Positions 63,018 to 64,000 of a DNA stretch of 64,000 bases are shown here, piece after piece. This stretch comes from a bacterium (GTDB taxonomy: Bacteria; SZUA-79; Acidulodesulfobacterales; Acidulodesulfobacteraceae), in assembly GCA_021802425.1 (NCBI GenBank), contig JAJZXJ010000002.1, forward strand, positions 46,508 to 110,507, in the 5' to 3' direction. The number at the start of each line of letters is the position of its first letter. Position 1 is the first letter of the stretch. Below the pieces are notes generated by a model that saw nothing but the letters and a program-made list of their open reading frames with translations, was not told the origin of the DNA and made no database searches. The position numbers were made by a program, and so were the translations under genes.

Positions 63018-64000
63018 TAATATGGGGCATTTTGGCGATTACGGCGGAAGGTATATATCCGAGACATTGATGCCCGCGATAATCGAACTTGAAGAATTTT
63101 ATAAAAAGATTCGAAAAGATAATAGTTTTAAAAAAGAGTTTAACTATTATTTAAAAAATTATGTCGGAAGGCCCAGCCCGCTATATTATGCAAAAAGGCT
63201 TTCGGATATTTATAAATCTGAAATTTACCTTAAAAGGGAAGATTTAAACCATACGGGAGCCCATAAAATTAATAACACGATCGGTCAGGCTTTACTTGCG
63301 GTAAAGATGGGGAAAAAGAGAATTATTGCCGAAACGGGGGCAGGTCAGCACGGCGTTGCAACGGCAACCGTCTGTGCCCTTTTTGATCTTGAATGCGAGA
63401 TATTTATGGGAAAAAAGGATGTTGAAAGACAGGAGCAGAATGTTTTTAGAATGGAACTTTTGGGGGCGCATGTTAATTCTGTGGAATCAGGTTCTCAAAC
63501 ACTTAAAGATGCCATGAATGAGGCGCTAAGAGACTGGATTGCAAATGTAAAAAATACTTATTATATGATCGGAACCGTTGCGGGACCGCACCCTTATCCC
63601 CAAATAGTAAGAGATTTTCAATCGGTTATAGGGAAAGAAATTTTAAAGCAGATTAAAAAGCTTCCCGATATTATGATAGCCTGCGTGGGCGGGGGGAGCA
63701 ATGCCATGGGAATGTTTTATCCATTTATAAAATATGATAAAGTTAAGATGTACGGTGTGGAGGCAGGCGGTTTGGGAATTAAAACGGGAATGCATGCCGC
63801 ATCCATTTCGGGAGGGCGTCCGGGAGTGCTGCACGGAAATAAAACTTACCTGCTCCAGGATGAATTCGGCAGAATAAAAAATGCGCATTCTATTGCAGCC
63901 GGCCTGGATTATCCAGGCGTCGGTCCTGAACACAGCTATTTTGCCGATAAAAAAAGAATTATTTTTGACAGCGTAACAGACGAAGAAGCGGTTTCGGCTT
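63004..64000 (+). CDS. trpB: Tryptophan synthase beta chain (3' end outside the window)
   Basis: Hand-translated as [24 protein letters not shown]...[16 protein letters not shown]...[13 protein letters not shown]...GGGSNAMG. The frame is open to the window end. It is not in the ORF track because no stop codon is reached. Confidence 0.93.
   Translation, partial: MKLPDNMGHFGDYGGRYISETLMPAIIELEEFYKKIRKDNSFKKEFNYYLKNYVGRPSPLYYAKRLSDIYKSEIYLKREDLNHTGAHKINNTIGQALLAVKMGKKRIIAETGAGQHGVATATVCALFDLECEIFMGKKDVERQEQNVFRMELLGAHVNSVESGSQTLKDAMNEALRDWIANVKNTYYMIGTVAGPHPYPQIVRDFQSVIGKEILKQIKKLPDIMIACVGGGSNAMGMFYPFIKYDKVKMYGVEAGGLGIKTGMHAASISGGRPGVLHGNKTYLLQDEFGRIKNAHSIAAGLDYPGVGPEHSYFADKKRIIFDSVTDEEAVSA

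Noticed and set aside
63326-63933. ORFs 63326..63517 (+) and 63643..63933 (-)
   Set aside because: They lie inside the trpB reading frame (63004 to the window end), which has unmistakable tryptophan synthase beta motifs.
1-64000. CRISPR arrays, transposases, integrases, toxin-antitoxin or other defence systems
   Set aside because: I scanned intergenic regions and the ORF translations. I saw no regularly spaced direct repeats, no DDE/tyrosine/serine recombinase motifs and no recognisable defence-gene signatures.

Overview
64 kb from a low-GC, diderm (Gram-negative type) bacterium; I cannot assign the lineage from sequence alone. About 60% of the window is conserved core. This comprises an oxidative/non-oxidative pentose-phosphate cluster (gnd, zwf, tkt, tal; 0.4-6.8 kb) and the tRNA(Thr-Tyr-Gly-Thr)-tuf unit. 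It continues with rpmG-tRNA(Trp)-secE-nusG-rplKAJL-rpoBC, then the str operon (rpsL-rpsG-fusA-tuf) and the S10/spc/alpha ribosomal-protein operons (43.3-58.2 kb). A trpEGDCFB operon follows directly after rplQ. The accessory part lies between about 6.8 and 25.1 kb. It holds a stand-alone LigD-type 3'-phosphoesterase, tRNA-His and a HAD_SAK-like phosphatase. It also has two divergent metal transporters, each behind a cofactor riboswitch: a candidate Moco riboswitch before a MOT1-like permease, and a cobalamin riboswitch before a NiCoT permease. An SDR / GH15 glucoamylase / aquaporin group and two envelope proteins follow. The last accessory block is a CusCBA-type Cu(I)/Ag(I) RND efflux operon, preceded by two unusual methionine-rich genes (a membrane-anchored c-type cytochrome and a small anchored protein). 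Two copies of a structured, MITE-like intergenic repeat bracket that operon. No CRISPR array, transposase, integrase or recognisable defence system was seen. All family assignments come from motif recognition by eye and should be confirmed by HMM/CM searches.
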